Source: an uncultured Alphaproteobacteria bacterium (GTDB lineage Bacteria; Pseudomonadota; Alphaproteobacteria; UBA9655). From it: a stretch of 64,000 bases of DNA. Numbering within the stretch: the stretch's first letter is position 1; the number at the start of each line of letters is the position of its first letter. Shown one piece after another: positions 9,376-20,137 of the stretch. Under the pieces are notes generated by a model that saw nothing but the letters and a program-made list of their open reading frames with translations, was not told where the DNA came from and made no database searches. Location of the stretch: NCBI GenBank assembly GCA_964474215.1, contig CAYYRQ010000006.1:15348-79347 (forward strand), given 5' to 3'. A program made the translations under genes and the position numbers.

Positions 9376-11751
9376 TTAATGTCTTAAATTCCAATACCAC
9401 TCAAAAAAGGCATCAAAGTTGGAATTGATGTATTCATTTTCCTCGGGGCCATCATACATGTCTAAAAGCACCCATGATTTCGGTAAGCTATTTGAATAGT
9501 AACTACAAGCATCCCAATATAGTCCTTGAAATAGCCCCTCTTCTTTTTGGAGAGGTCTATCATATGCTCGAAGAGCTCGAGATTTGATTTTTGCAATTAG
9601 TTCTTCCCGAAGTGGGCGTGTGACCTTTGATCGCATATCCTTACCGCGATAATGCAAAGGCACTGGTGGATTCAAATGCATACATAATGGGGAGCTTACA
9701 ATTTGATCTTTTAAGTTACTATTGGTTCTTGGGGCAACTTTCCAGGTAACGCCTTCCGGTAAAGGTGGGGCGTCTGGGACGATATTCATATAAGCAGACC
9801 ATTCGCCAGGTGCCCAGGGTGGCGTCGGTGCAGGCAGAGGTATCAGGGATGAATAAAATTTAAGAACTCCCATAATACTATTTACCAACCTTCGATCCTT
9901 TTGATAACGCTGCAACTCTTCCTCATTCAGTTTAAAAAAGAGTCCTGATGTTACACCTGTATATGCACTTTGTTCATACTGCATTAGACCGAGTATAGCG
10001 GGTATTGGGTGACCAGGGGAAAACATATGGGTTAGAACATGAACTTTATCATTGTTCGCTTGTTGTGATTTATTTGATTGGTGAGCCCATATTTCAATAA
10101 GATTAATCATATCAGGAAAATGAGCAGTTGGATCTTTAAGTGCTTTAAAAATTCGATCGAGCTGATTCTTATAGGTTGTGTATAAAGCCTTTTCCACATG
10201 GGTTGAAATGAGTTCAAATAATTGTAAAGAGAGGAGCACTTGTTGTTGTCGGGTCGTAAGAGATTCCCACTTGCTTATAAACTGATCCATACTAAATTCT
10301 TCAACAAGGCCGAGACGGGAAGTTAATGTAATTTCGAATGGATATGTTTTAAAAAGCTCAATTTTTCTCTTCCTGGCCTTTTTTGTCACAGCATGCGTTT
10401 TTTTAGGGGCCTGAATATGACTTTTGGTAATTGCTCTGAGTGGGCCTGGAAGTAACTGTATGTTTGTTTCTAAAGATATTGTAGCGCGCTCTTCCATAAT
10501 GTCGCAAAAAAGCTTGAGCATTTCCTGGTTGTCGAATTTAGGGCCTTTATTAACGCCACGGGGCCAAATTGCTCGAAAGTGTTTTTGGACTCTGGCGAGA
10601 ACGTCTGTTGGGTAAGGAATAGTCTTATGGGTAAATTTAAGGCCACGGTACAGAAAGTCTCTGAAGTTGATAAAGCGACAGTTTGGAAGTAAACCATTTC
10701 GTTCTGTTTGAAGCTCTTTTGGTTCACGCACACAATTTATGTTTTGTAGGAAGTCAAACACATCTGATATTTGAATTCGAAACCCGCACAACGCTCGATT
10801 CAGGCGGGAGAGCTTAATGCTATACCATTCGTATATTTTCATAAGATGTTCATCTGAAACGGTCTTTGCTCTTTTATATTCCCTAATGCTTGCTCGGAAT
10901 GAATCATTGGATTGATCAGATATATGCAAAGAAGCTAGCAAAGAAATGGGTTTGCCATCATAGGTTAAATCGAAACCAAATTTAGATAGGTAGGGTTCTG
11001 CTATATCTCTTGATTGACGGCCAACACCAATACTATTGTTTCGTAGCTGTTCCAAGTCTTTGATCGATAGTTTTGATGGAGGGGGCGATTGCGGATCAGG
11101 ATAGTCGCAACAAAATAAGTACTGAAGAAATCTTTCTAAAAACCGCAGCATGCTTCGATAGGCTATTTCGTGAACCGCATGACTATGCTGAAAAATAAAA
11201 TCAATGTTTGACTTTTTTGGACTATAAACTTTGTTTGGACCCTTTTGAGTAACATAGATAAAAGCATGATGAACGTCTGCTTCTTGAATAAGGTTCCCTT
11301 CATCATCAAAAAGGGGAGGGGTGTGTCTAAGAGCGTCGTCTTCTTCACGAAATGTACCATCCATTTGTTGCTTGATATCCCACACCAGGTATTCAAACTT
11401 CAATGTTAATGCTTTTAATTCCTCTCGTTGTTTTGCCGTAAACTGTGTAGAATCATTCCCTTCAGTAGGTTTATAGGCTTTTCGGCAAAATGCTAATGAA
11501 TGTAGCTTAAAAGCAGTTTGTTGAGCCTCCTTTACGCCATCGAGGTACCGGCGAGGGAGATGAAGTTCTCTAATGTCTTTCTCGCCTTCATTGTCTATTC
11601 CATAAACGATAAAAGGCAGAATAAAAATGAGCCCTAGGTAAAGAAGTAAAGATATAACTTTTCTGAAATTCAAAGGAAGCCTCAACACGATCAACTTTAC
11701 ATAGTTGTAAGAAATGGCTGCAATGACTTCAAGGAAAAACATTTGAGGCAA
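9376..11751 (-). CDS. Large membrane-anchored hypothetical protein (ORFan), 791 aa
   Basis: Single N-terminal TM VISLLLYLGLIFILPFIVYGI. Proline-rich segments LPAPTPPWAPGEW and PDAPPLPEGV near the C-terminus. No domain recognised. Confidence 0.75.
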   Translation of the reverse strand: MPQMFFLEVIAAISYNYVKLIVLRLPLNFRKVISLLLYLGLIFILPFIVYGIDNEGEKDIRELHLPRRYLDGVKEAQQTAFKLHSLAFCRKAYKPTEGNDSTQFTAKQREELKALTLKFEYLVWDIKQQMDGTFREEDDALRHTPPLFDDEGNLIQEADVHHAFIYVTQKGPNKVYSPKKSNIDFIFQHSHAVHEIAYRSMLRFLERFLQYLFCCDYPDPQSPPPSKLSIKDLEQLRNNSIGVGRQSRDIAEPYLSKFGFDLTYDGKPISLLASLHISDQSNDSFRASIREYKRAKTVSDEHLMKIYEWYSIKLSRLNRALCGFRIQISDVFDFLQNINCVREPKELQTERNGLLPNCRFINFRDFLYRGLKFTHKTIPYPTDVLARVQKHFRAIWPRGVNKGPKFDNQEMLKLFCDIMEERATISLETNIQLLPGPLRAITKSHIQAPKKTHAVTKKARKRKIELFKTYPFEITLTSRLGLVEEFSMDQFISKWESLTTRQQQVLLSLQLFELISTHVEKALYTTYKNQLDRIFKALKDPTAHFPDMINLIEIWAHQSNKSQQANNDKVHVLTHMFSPGHPIPAILGLMQYEQSAYTGVTSGLFFKLNEEELQRYQKDRRLVNSIMGVLKFYSSLIPLPAPTPPWAPGEWSAYMNIVPDAPPLPEGVTWKVAPRTNSNLKDQIVSSPLCMHLNPPVPLHYRGKDMRSKVTRPLREELIAKIKSRALRAYDRPLQKEEGLFQGLYWDACSYYSNSLPKSWVLLDMYDGPEENEYINSNFDAFFEWYWNLRH

Positions 11752-11870
11752 GACGACTCTTTACATGCATTGGGCTTCGATTACAAAAAATGACTTTTTT
11801 GTAAGAAATGTCTTGTCGGAACGGCCTTTTCTTGTGATATAACTAATCAGGATTTAACATAGGATGATAA

Positions 11871-12893
11871 ATGAGTTCGTTAGAAAGCTTGAAAAACGAA
11901 GTTTTGCAGGACCTTGAACGTGTTAAAGATCTCCAAGGACTTGAGAATATTCGGGTTTCTTTTCTTGGAAAATCTGGGAAACTGACACTTCTTATGAAAG
12001 AACTCGGCAAAATGGACCCTGACGAGCGCAAGGTACGAGGTGCCGCGTTAAATTCTCTTAAAGTCGAAATTAGTGACATTATTGATACAAAAAAGGCTCA
12101 CTTCGAAGAAGCAGATATTAACGAACGGCTTCAGTCTGAAACCATTGATGTGTCTTTGCCTCCAAGAATGTTTTCACCAGAAGGTAAGATTCATCCGATT
12201 AGTCAAGTCTTAGAACAAAGTACCAATATTTTTGCGCAAATGGGCTTTGTTGTAAAAGAAGGTCCAGACATCGAAGAGGATTTTTATAATTTTTCGGCAT
12301 TAAATATTCCGCCTGAACATCCAGCGCGCCAAGAACAAGACACATTTTATCTGCCCAGTAAAGATGGACAGCCTCTTGTTTTAAGAACACATACATCACC
12401 CGTGCAAATTCGAACAATGATTGATGGAGAGCCTCCATTTCGCATTATTGCCCCAGGACGGGTGTACCGGTCCGATTATGATGCGACACATACGCCAATG
12501 TTTCATCAAATCGAAGGGCTTGTTGTCGATACAGAAACAAATATGGGACACCTCAAAGGGTGTTTAGAAGAATTCTTCCGCTTCTTTTTCGAAGACCCTG
12601 ACATGAAAATCCGTTTTCGTCCGGGATACTTCCCCTTCACAGAGCCCTCCGCAGAAGTAGATATTCTATGGAAAGGGGATACATGGCTTGAGGTTTTGGG
12701 GTGTGGCATGGTTCATCCAAATGTTTTGAAAAATTGCAATATTGATCCAGAGAAATATCAAGGTTACGCATTCGGAATGGGAGTTGAAAGACTGGCGATG
12801 TTGAAATATGGAATGGAAGACCTGCGTCCCTTTTTTGAGTCTGATCTTCAATGGTTGGGTCTTTATGGATTTTACCCTGAGGAACGGGAGTAA
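11871..12893 (+). CDS. pheS: Phenylalanine--tRNA ligase alpha subunit
   Basis: 340 aa with class II aaRS motifs (FRPGYFPFTEPS, GMGVERLAML), followed 3 nt later by pheT. Confidence 0.95.
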   Translation: MSSLESLKNEVLQDLERVKDLQGLENIRVSFLGKSGKLTLLMKELGKMDPDERKVRGAALNSLKVEISDIIDTKKAHFEEADINERLQSETIDVSLPPRMFSPEGKIHPISQVLEQSTNIFAQMGFVVKEGPDIEEDFYNFSALNIPPEHPARQEQDTFYLPSKDGQPLVLRTHTSPVQIRTMIDGEPPFRIIAPGRVYRSDYDATHTPMFHQIEGLVVDTETNMGHLKGCLEEFFRFFFEDPDMKIRFRPGYFPFTEPSAEVDILWKGDTWLEVLGCGMVHPNVLKNCNIDPEKYQGYAFGMGVERLAMLKYGMEDLRPFFESDLQWLGLYGFYPEERE

Positions 12894-12895
12894 TC

Positions 12896-15250
12896 ATGCG
12901 TTTCACACTTTCATGGCTTAAGGAGCACTTAGATACATCTGCCACTCTGGAAGAAATAACCGATCGATTGACGAGTCTAGGACTGGTCGTCGATAAAGTT
13001 ATTGATCGCAGAGAAGAGCTAGCCGCCTTTACAATTTGTGAAGTTGTAGCCATTGAAAAGCACCCTCAAGCCGATCGACTTAAAATATGTCATGTCAATA
13101 CAGGTGCGGAAGAGATCCAAATTGTTTGTGGTGGAGCAAATGCGAATAAGGGTGTGAAAGCCGTGCTAGCACCTGTGGGATCTGTCATTCCTTTAAATAA
13201 ACAAAAGCTCAAAGTTGGTAAAGTAAGAGACGTTGAGAGTTTTGGAATGCTATGCTCTGGCGAAGAGCTTTTACTGGAGCCAACTCCAGAAGGTATAATG
13301 GTGCTTGATCCTGATGCTCCTGTCGGAAAAAATTTTGCGGAATGGGCAGGCCTTGACGATCCTTTCATTGAAATCGAGATTACACCGAACAGGGGTGACT
13401 GTTTAGGTGTTTATGGTATTGCGCGTGATTTGGCAGCATCTGGTCTGGGAACACTCAATCCATTAAAAACAGTCAAAGTACCAGGACAATATCCGTCTCC
13501 CATTTCAGTCAACATTAATGAAGAGGCCTGTCCATTCTTTACAGGTCGATTGATTCGTGGTGTTAAGAATGGCTCAAGTCCAGGTTGGCTTCAGAAAAAA
13601 CTTGAATCAATTGGACTGCGCCCGATCTCAGCCCTTGTTGACATTACAAACTATTTTACATTTGATCGCGGTCGACCGCTGCATGTTTTTGATGCAGATA
13701 AATTAAAAGGGAATTTGAATATCCGCATTTCAAAAGAAAACGATAAGTTTTTAGCCCTCGATGAAAAAGAATATACTTTATCAGAAGGCCTTACGGTCAT
13801 ATCAGATGATAGCGGGATCGTGGCTCTTGGTGGCATTATGGGTGGAGAAGAGTCCGGTTGTGATGAAGCGACACAAAATGTATTCCTTGAATGCGCTTTC
13901 TTTGATGCCGTTCAAATAGCTCTTGCGGGGCAAGCAACCGGCGTCATCAGTGATTCCCGCTACCGTTTTGAACGTGGCGTTGACCCGACAACAACGCTTC
14001 CTGGACTTGAAGCTGCAACGCATATGATCCTTGATTTGTGCGGTGGTGAAGCAAGTGAGGTTGTCGCTGTTGGCAAAGAACCACCCATTGAAAATGAAGT
14101 AAATTATGATCCGCGGTTGACGCAACAGTTGGGCGGATTGGAAGTGAGTCATGACATACAGTTAGAAATTTTGAGGAATCTTGGATTTAAAGTTGATCAT
14201 CAGAATGAAAAATGGAGGATTCTCACACCAAGTTGGCGACCAGACGTTGAACAGGCTGCAGACCTTGTTGAAGAAATCCTAAGGGTAGAAGGCTATGACA
14301 ACATTCCATCTCTCCCTTATCAGGGAAGACCAGAGCCAAAACCTTTATCACGGCTTCAACAGCGTCGGCTTGTAGCTCGCGATACATTGGCAAGCCGAGG
14401 GCTCTATGAAACGGTGACATATTCTTTTATGTCTGAAAAAGATGGTGGGCGTTTTGGTGGAATTCCTACAGAACTTCAACTATTAAACCCCATCAGCCAA
14501 GATTTAAATGGGATGCGCCCAAACATATTAGGGCATTTATTAGATTCCGTTCGTAATAATCAGGCTCGTGGGCATGAGCAAGTATTCCTTTTTGAAATTG
14601 GCCCTCAGTTTTCGATGAAAACTGAAGCCAGGCAAACCATGATGATCACAGGTATTCGGGCCGGACATTTCGGCAATAGCTATATTGCTAAACCCCGTCC
14701 CGTTGATATTTTTGATGTAAAGGCTGATATCGCTCGTCTTTTTAATATCATCGGAATGTCTTATAGCTTGGATCGAACAGCACCAGAGTGGTATCACCCG
14801 GGGCGTTCTGCAGCCATGAAGCTCGGAAAGCAGGTCCTTGGTTATTTCGGTGAAATCCATCCACGTTTAGTAAAAGCCTATGATATTAAAGGCCCTGTTG
14901 TTGCTTTTGAACTCTTCATTGATGATATACCCTTGCCTCGACGAAAAGGTACACAAAAGCCTAAGTACGAGCCATGTCTATATCAGGTTGTTGAGCGAGA
15001 CTTTTCATTCGTAGTTGACAATAGTGTCGCTTCGGATGAAATCATATTGGCTGCCTTAGACAAAAATAGTGATTATGGCCGATGGGCAAATGTGTTTGAC
15101 GTTTTTGAACTTGAAGATAATAAAAAGGCTGTTGGAATTCGATTCCGTTTACAAGCCCGTGATCACACATTAACTGAACAAGAGATCCAAGGATTCAGTG
15201 ATAAAGCCATTACACAGGTCAAAGAAAAAACAGGCGGGGTTCTTCGTTAA
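12896..15250 (+). CDS. pheT: Phenylalanine--tRNA ligase beta subunit
   Basis: 784 aa, typical N-terminus [13 protein letters not shown], tRNA-binding, B3/4 and B5 domain order. Confidence 0.95.
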   Translation: MRFTLSWLKEHLDTSATLEEITDRLTSLGLVVDKVIDRREELAAFTICEVVAIEKHPQADRLKICHVNTGAEEIQIVCGGANANKGVKAVLAPVGSVIPLNKQKLKVGKVRDVESFGMLCSGEELLLEPTPEGIMVLDPDAPVGKNFAEWAGLDDPFIEIEITPNRGDCLGVYGIARDLAASGLGTLNPLKTVKVPGQYPSPISVNINEEACPFFTGRLIRGVKNGSSPGWLQKKLESIGLRPISALVDITNYFTFDRGRPLHVFDADKLKGNLNIRISKENDKFLALDEKEYTLSEGLTVISDDSGIVALGGIMGGEESGCDEATQNVFLECAFFDAVQIALAGQATGVISDSRYRFERGVDPTTTLPGLEAATHMILDLCGGEASEVVAVGKEPPIENEVNYDPRLTQQLGGLEVSHDIQLEILRNLGFKVDHQNEKWRILTPSWRPDVEQAADLVEEILRVEGYDNIPSLPYQGRPEPKPLSRLQQRRLVARDTLASRGLYETVTYSFMSEKDGGRFGGIPTELQLLNPISQDLNGMRPNILGHLLDSVRNNQARGHEQVFLFEIGPQFSMKTEARQTMMITGIRAGHFGNSYIAKPRPVDIFDVKADIARLFNIIGMSYSLDRTAPEWYHPGRSAAMKLGKQVLGYFGEIHPRLVKAYDIKGPVVAFELFIDDIPLPRRKGTQKPKYEPCLYQVVERDFSFVVDNSVASDEIILAALDKNSDYGRWANVFDVFELEDNKKAVGIRFRLQARDHTLTEQEIQGFSDKAITQVKEKTGGVLR

Positions 15251-17052
15251 TGACTGACTTAAGTCACATCAGGAATTTTTCCATCATTGCCCATATTGAT
15301 CATGGTAAATCAACCTTAGCGGATCGTTTAATCCAACTGTGTGGCGGCTTAACTGAGAGAGAGCTCAAGCAACAAGTTCTTGATAGCATGGACATTGAAC
15401 GGGAACGCGGAATTACCATCAAAGCCCAAACCGTTCGTTTAAGTTATAAGGCGAAAAATGGCGAAACCTATCAATTGAATTTGATGGATACGCCAGGGCA
15501 TGTTGACTTTGCCTATGAAGTGAGCCGTTCATTAGCGGCCTGTGAAGGGTCACTTTTGGTTGTCGACGCAAGCCAAGGGGTCGAAGCGCAAACATTGGCT
15601 AACGTTTATCAAGCGATCGAAAATAACCACGAAATAATACCTGTCTTGAACAAAGCCGACTTGCCGGCTGCTGACCCAGATCGTGTAAAAACACAGATAG
15701 AAGATGTCATTGGCCTTGATGCAAGTGAGGCTTTGCTTGTTTCAGCCAAAACGGGTCTTGGCGTTCCTGATGTCCTTGAAGCCCTGGTTGAAAAGCTTCC
15801 TGCACCAAAAGGCAACCGTGACGAACCACTAAAAGCCATGCTTGTTGATAGTTGGTATGATACGTATCTAGGTGTGATTATCCTGGTGCGTGTGATGGAT
15901 GGTGTATTAAAGCCCGGCATGAAAATCAAAATGATGTCGACCGGAGCCGTTTATCCAATTGATCAAGTTGGTGTGTTTACTCCTAAGCGTCAAATATTAC
16001 CTGAACTTGGTCCAGGGGAAGTCGGTTTTATTAACGCAAGCATCAAGGCAGTGAGCGATTGTAACGTAGGTGATACGATTACCGAAGATAAACGCCCCAC
16101 GCTAAACCCCTTACCCGGATTTAAGCCCAGCATACCAGTTGTGTTTTGTGGTCTCTTTCCTGTTGATGCAGCTGATTTTGAGCATTTGAAAGAAAGTTTG
16201 GGGAAGCTTCGTCTGAATGATGCCAGTTTCATGTTTGAGCCAGAAAGCTCTGCAGCCCTAGGATTTGGATTCCGCTGTGGTTTCCTTGGCCTTTTGCACC
16301 TTGAAATTATTCAAGAACGGCTGGAACGAGAGTTTAATCTTGATCTTGTGACCACAGCACCTAGCGTTGTCTATAAGCTCTATATGACAAAAGGGGAAAT
16401 GATTGAGCTCCATAACCCAGCTGACATGCCCGATGTAGTTAAAATTGCTAAGATGGAAGAACCTTGGATTAGAGCAACCATTATGGTTCCTGACGAATAT
16501 TTAGGGCCTGTATTAACCTTATGCACAGATAGGCGAGGGGTTCAGCTTGATCTGACGTACGTTGGAAACCGTGCGATGGCTGTCTATCGCTTGCCCTTAA
16601 ACGAAGTTGTTTTTGACTTTTATGATCGCCTTAAATCGATTACCCGTGGTTATGCTAGTTTTGATTATCAAATGGATGGCTATGAAGAAAGCGAGCTCGT
16701 TAAGCTTGCCATCCTTGTGAATGGAGAGCCTGTCGATGCACTATCCACGATCGTTTATCGTACTCATGCCGAAACAAGGGGGCGAGCCCTTTGTGAACGC
16801 TTGAAGGGGCTAATCCCTCGGCAGCTCTTTAAAATTGCGATCCAAGCAGCGATTGGTGGAAAAGTCATTGCGCGTGAAACCGTATCAGCGATGCGCAAGG
16901 ATGTTACGGCAAAATGTTATGGCGGAGACATCACCCGTAAACGTAAGCTTTTGGAAAAGCAAAAAGCCGGTAAAAAGCGCATGCGCCAAGTAGGAAATGT
17001 TGAGATTCCCCAATCTGCGTTCTTGGCGGCTCTCAAAATGAGTGATGATTGA
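15250..17052 (+). CDS. lepA: Elongation factor 4 (LepA)
   Basis: [22 protein letters not shown]1 motif, DTPGH, NKAD, and the LepA-specific C-terminal domain. 600 aa. Confidence 0.95.
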   Translation: MTDLSHIRNFSIIAHIDHGKSTLADRLIQLCGGLTERELKQQVLDSMDIERERGITIKAQTVRLSYKAKNGETYQLNLMDTPGHVDFAYEVSRSLAACEGSLLVVDASQGVEAQTLANVYQAIENNHEIIPVLNKADLPAADPDRVKTQIEDVIGLDASEALLVSAKTGLGVPDVLEALVEKLPAPKGNRDEPLKAMLVDSWYDTYLGVIILVRVMDGVLKPGMKIKMMSTGAVYPIDQVGVFTPKRQILPELGPGEVGFINASIKAVSDCNVGDTITEDKRPTLNPLPGFKPSIPVVFCGLFPVDAADFEHLKESLGKLRLNDASFMFEPESSAALGFGFRCGFLGLLHLEIIQERLEREFNLDLVTTAPSVVYKLYMTKGEMIELHNPADMPDVVKIAKMEEPWIRATIMVPDEYLGPVLTLCTDRRGVQLDLTYVGNRAMAVYRLPLNEVVFDFYDRLKSITRGYASFDYQMDGYEESELVKLAILVNGEPVDALSTIVYRTHAETRGRALCERLKGLIPRQLFKIAIQAAIGGKVIARETVSAMRKDVTAKCYGGDITRKRKLLEKQKAGKKRMRQVGNVEIPQSAFLAALKMSDD

Positions 17053-17158
17053 TCGTATAAAGTCTCCTCATAAAGCAAGTCTGCAAACAGTCTGTAAGAC
17101 AAACTAACTTTTTAAACTGTATAGATTAAGGATATAACACTTTTGTATAAATAAGGTA

Positions 17159-17653
17159 TTAGCTTTCATCTGCAGAAACAAAAAAAGTAAGGGAATCCGT
17201 TTCTTCTGTTGGCTCAATATCATCAACATTCATCATGGAGGCCATGCGCTGCAATGATGAAAGGATAAGGTTTTGCTCCCATTCTTCAAGCCTATTAAAT
17301 TTCCGGATAAATGAATCCTGAAGAACAGTAGGGGCACTTTGAAGGAGTACTTTTCCTTCCTCAGTAAGTCTGAGCTCCGTTTGTCTTTTATCTCCACCAC
17401 TCCTTGTCCGTGTGACCAAATTCTTTAATAGCAAGCGATCAAGAATAGATGATACGGTCGGAGAGCTGAGGTTAACACTTGTGGCGATACTTTTAAGAGA
17501 TGGGTTTTGAAGCTCATGAATAGCTTTCAAAACAATAAGCTGGGGGCCTGTAAGACCAAATTTTTTTGAAATCCTTTTTGAATAGACATCAAAAGCTCGG
17601 ATAATCTGCCGTAACGCAATCAAGACTTTGCTATCAATCGAATAGGTGTCCAC
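17159..17653 (-). CDS. MarR-family transcriptional regulator
   Basis: 164 aa with a winged-HTH pattern (LTGPQLIVLKAI...SSPTVSSILDRLLLKNLVTR). GTG start with GGGAGA RBS. Confidence 0.8.
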   Translation of the reverse strand: MDTYSIDSKVLIALRQIIRAFDVYSKRISKKFGLTGPQLIVLKAIHELQNPSLKSIATSVNLSSPTVSSILDRLLLKNLVTRTRSGGDKRQTELRLTEEGKVLLQSAPTVLQDSFIRKFNRLEEWEQNLILSSLQRMASMMNVDDIEPTEETDSLTFFVSADES

Positions 17654-17717
17654 TTCGATTCTCCCATGTTTTTAAAATTGTTAGTGTGCAAATGACTATT
17701 GGTCAAGCCCCCTCGAC

Positions 17718-17746
17718 TTGACAAATGGGTTGAAAAAAGTTAGAAT
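17718..17746 (+). promoter_or_regulatory. Sigma-70-type promoter TTGACA-N17-TAGAAT reading toward the EamA gene
   Basis: TTGACA at 17718-17723, an exact 17-nt spacer, TAGAAT at 17741-17746, 78 nt upstream of ATG 17824. Confidence 0.55.
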
Positions 17747-17752
17747 ACTAAC
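17739..17752. promoter_or_regulatory. Inverted repeat GTTAG-AATA-CTAAC overlapping the -10 element (candidate MarR operator)
   Basis: Perfect 5-bp arms read from the sequence, located in the marR/eamA divergent region. Confidence 0.4.
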
Positions 17753-17823
17753 TATGTAAATTATATAGCGATTGATAAAATCGTTGAAAAACATAGAGTG
17801 CTAACAACAAAGAAGGAAAATAA

Positions 17824-18777
17824 ATGATTCGTTTACTAAGTGAAAAGCCAACTATCCTAGGATTTATTGCCTTATTCCTTTGGTCAACAGGATCTACAAC
17901 AGCCAGCTTTCTTTCAGCGCTTCCTCCATTCGAAGTCATATCACTTTCGTTTTTGGCCATATTTTTAATGACATTGCTTAAAGTCGCAGTGAATCGTGAG
18001 TGGGATACCCTTAGGATCTCATGGAAATCTTGGATGCTGGCTATCTTTGGTATAGGCATTCAACAAATATTTTATATTCTTTCTTATTCATTTGCACCAC
18101 CAGCAGAAGCTGACGTTATTATCTTTTTATGGCCTTTGATGGCTCTGGGATTATCCTGTCTTCTATTAGGCCAAAGCTTTAAGGTCAGATATGGCTTGGC
18201 ATCAACCTTAGGCGTTTTGGCTATTATCTTACTATCATTTAATAAGGTTTCCATAGCGAACATAGCACCAGGACATATCTTTGCATTATTATGCGCCCTT
18301 TCATGGAGCTTATACACAGTCTTATCACGTAAGGTTCCTGAAATTGGCATCAACGTCATTGGCATAAGTACTTTTGCTGGATTTATGTTCACATCGACCT
18401 GCCATGCCTCTTTTGAAACCTTTGTTATGCCATCTATTCCTCAGTTTGCTGGACTTGCCTATTATTGCCTTGGTGTAAGCTTTGGGGCATATGTCCTATG
18501 GACAGTTGCATTACAAAATGGAAAGGCTAATTATTTGACCCTTAGTGCCTACATGAAGCCCGTATTTTCTATTTTGTTCTTATGTACATTTGGGTATGCA
18601 ACTCTTTCCTCTGAGCTTGTAGTCGGCGTCTTTCTCGTTATTGCAGGAGGTTTAGTTGCCCATCCCGCCATCGGACGCTATGTTGAAGACTTCTTGTTCG
18701 CATTTATAGAAGACTTCAAAACATTATCTATGGTAATGACCCCAAATATGCGCGATAGGAAATACGCAAGATCATAA
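17824..18777 (+). CDS. EamA/DMT-family transporter
   Basis: 317 aa, about 10 TM segments in two EamA-like halves. Confidence 0.8.
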   Translation: MIRLLSEKPTILGFIALFLWSTGSTTASFLSALPPFEVISLSFLAIFLMTLLKVAVNREWDTLRISWKSWMLAIFGIGIQQIFYILSYSFAPPAEADVIIFLWPLMALGLSCLLLGQSFKVRYGLASTLGVLAIILLSFNKVSIANIAPGHIFALLCALSWSLYTVLSRKVPEIGINVIGISTFAGFMFTSTCHASFETFVMPSIPQFAGLAYYCLGVSFGAYVLWTVALQNGKANYLTLSAYMKPVFSILFLCTFGYATLSSELVVGVFLVIAGGLVAHPAIGRYVEDFLFAFIEDFKTLSMVMTPNMRDRKYARS

Positions 18778-18868
18778 TCAGCTAAGCTTAAGGTATATAA
18801 GTTGACTCAAGATGCGCTTGACTCCTTGGTTTGTACGTACTAATCAAAAGACGTTACATGGAGTGAAT

Positions 18869-19867
18869 ATGAAAAACCTTACAGCAGCATTTCCCCATTG
18901 CCGGTTGAGAAGAAATCGTCGTGAGCAATGGTGCCGAGACCTTGTCGCAGAAACACAGCTTTCCCCAAAAGATTTCATTTTACCGCTTTTCATTCGAGAA
19001 GATTCTGCCCCTAAGGAAATAGAAGCGATGCCAGGCGTATCTCGGTATACTCTTTCTGAGTTAACTGACATCTGTACAAAAGTGTATTCAAAAGGGGTGA
19101 GGGCCGTCATTTTATTCCCTTATGTAAATCCAGACCTCAAATGTGATGAAGGATTGGAAGCTCTCAACTCCCAAAATCTTTTGTGTCGCGCCGTTCAAAA
19201 GATTAAGCAGGAAATTCCTGACCTGGGTGTGATTGCCGATGTTGCATTAGACCTGTTTACAACTCATGGCCATGATGGTGTCCTTCGCAATGGACATGTT
19301 GCAAATGACGAAACCGTAACTGCCCTTCAAAACATGTCACTTGTTCTTGCCGATGCTGGCGTAGATGTCATTGCCCCATCTGACATGATGGATGGAAGAG
19401 TAGGGGCAATTCGCCAATCTCTTGATGAAAATGGACATGAGCATGTCAGAATCTTGGCATACACAGCCAAGTATGCCTCTAACTTTTATGGACCTTATCG
19501 TCTAGCTTTGGGATCCCAATCGGCTTTGGGGAAGGCAGATAAAAAGTCATATCAAATGGATCCTGCAAATGCACTTGAGGCGTTACGTGAAGGCGCTCAA
19601 GATGTAATGGAAGGCGCGGACATGCTTATGGTTAAGCCAGGGCTTGCCTATCTAGATATTATATATAGATTAAAGGAAACTTTTTCTTTGCCGATTTTTG
19701 CTTTTCAGATTAGTGGGGAGTACTCCATCCTAAGAGTTGCTTCTGAGCGTGGCCTGCTTGAATATGATAAGGCATTAATAGAAACGCTCATTGCTTTTAA
19801 AAGGGCAGGGGCTAGCTGTATTATCACCTATGGGGCATTGGACGCTGTTGATTTTTTGTATCAATAG
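18869..19867 (+). CDS. hemB: Porphobilinogen synthase (delta-aminolevulinate dehydratase), Asp-rich (Zn-independent) type
   Basis: RLRRNR, DVALDLFTTHGHDG (Asp-rich metal site), active-site Lys contexts. ATG 18869 with GGAG upstream is preferred over track start 18812. Confidence 0.92.
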   Translation: MKNLTAAFPHCRLRRNRREQWCRDLVAETQLSPKDFILPLFIREDSAPKEIEAMPGVSRYTLSELTDICTKVYSKGVRAVILFPYVNPDLKCDEGLEALNSQNLLCRAVQKIKQEIPDLGVIADVALDLFTTHGHDGVLRNGHVANDETVTALQNMSLVLADAGVDVIAPSDMMDGRVGAIRQSLDENGHEHVRILAYTAKYASNFYGPYRLALGSQSALGKADKKSYQMDPANALEALREGAQDVMEGADMLMVKPGLAYLDIIYRLKETFSLPIFAFQISGEYSILRVASERGLLEYDKALIETLIAFKRAGASCIITYGALDAVDFLYQ

Positions 19868-20137
19868 CATTGCAAGGGAGTGGGGCCTAAAGTAAGATTA
19901 TCAGGACGACACATTCCTCGATACTTTCGACCATCAGCAGACATCGCGATACACGAATCATCCACCTTTCTCCCAACGCAACTTTTTGCAGAAACTGAAA
20001 TATTCAATGAAAAGGCTTCAATTTAGCGAAGTCATAGTATACTTATAAGGTAATTAATCCATATATTCGTGCCTCCTTTTAAATATATAGTGCAGAATAT
20101 AACAAAAGAATTTAAATACCGTGTATACAAATTTGAC

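Noticed and set aside
18812-18868. N-terminal extensions offered by the ORF track (hemB 18812, lpdA 37141, glyA 40437, MFS 30457, PEBP 31570, lipA 56694, lpxI 49513, ORFan 54552, lpxD 47197)
   Set aside because: Internal ATG or GTG codons give N-termini that match the family consensus and have better RBS context. The extensions add unconserved residues or overlap neighbouring genes.
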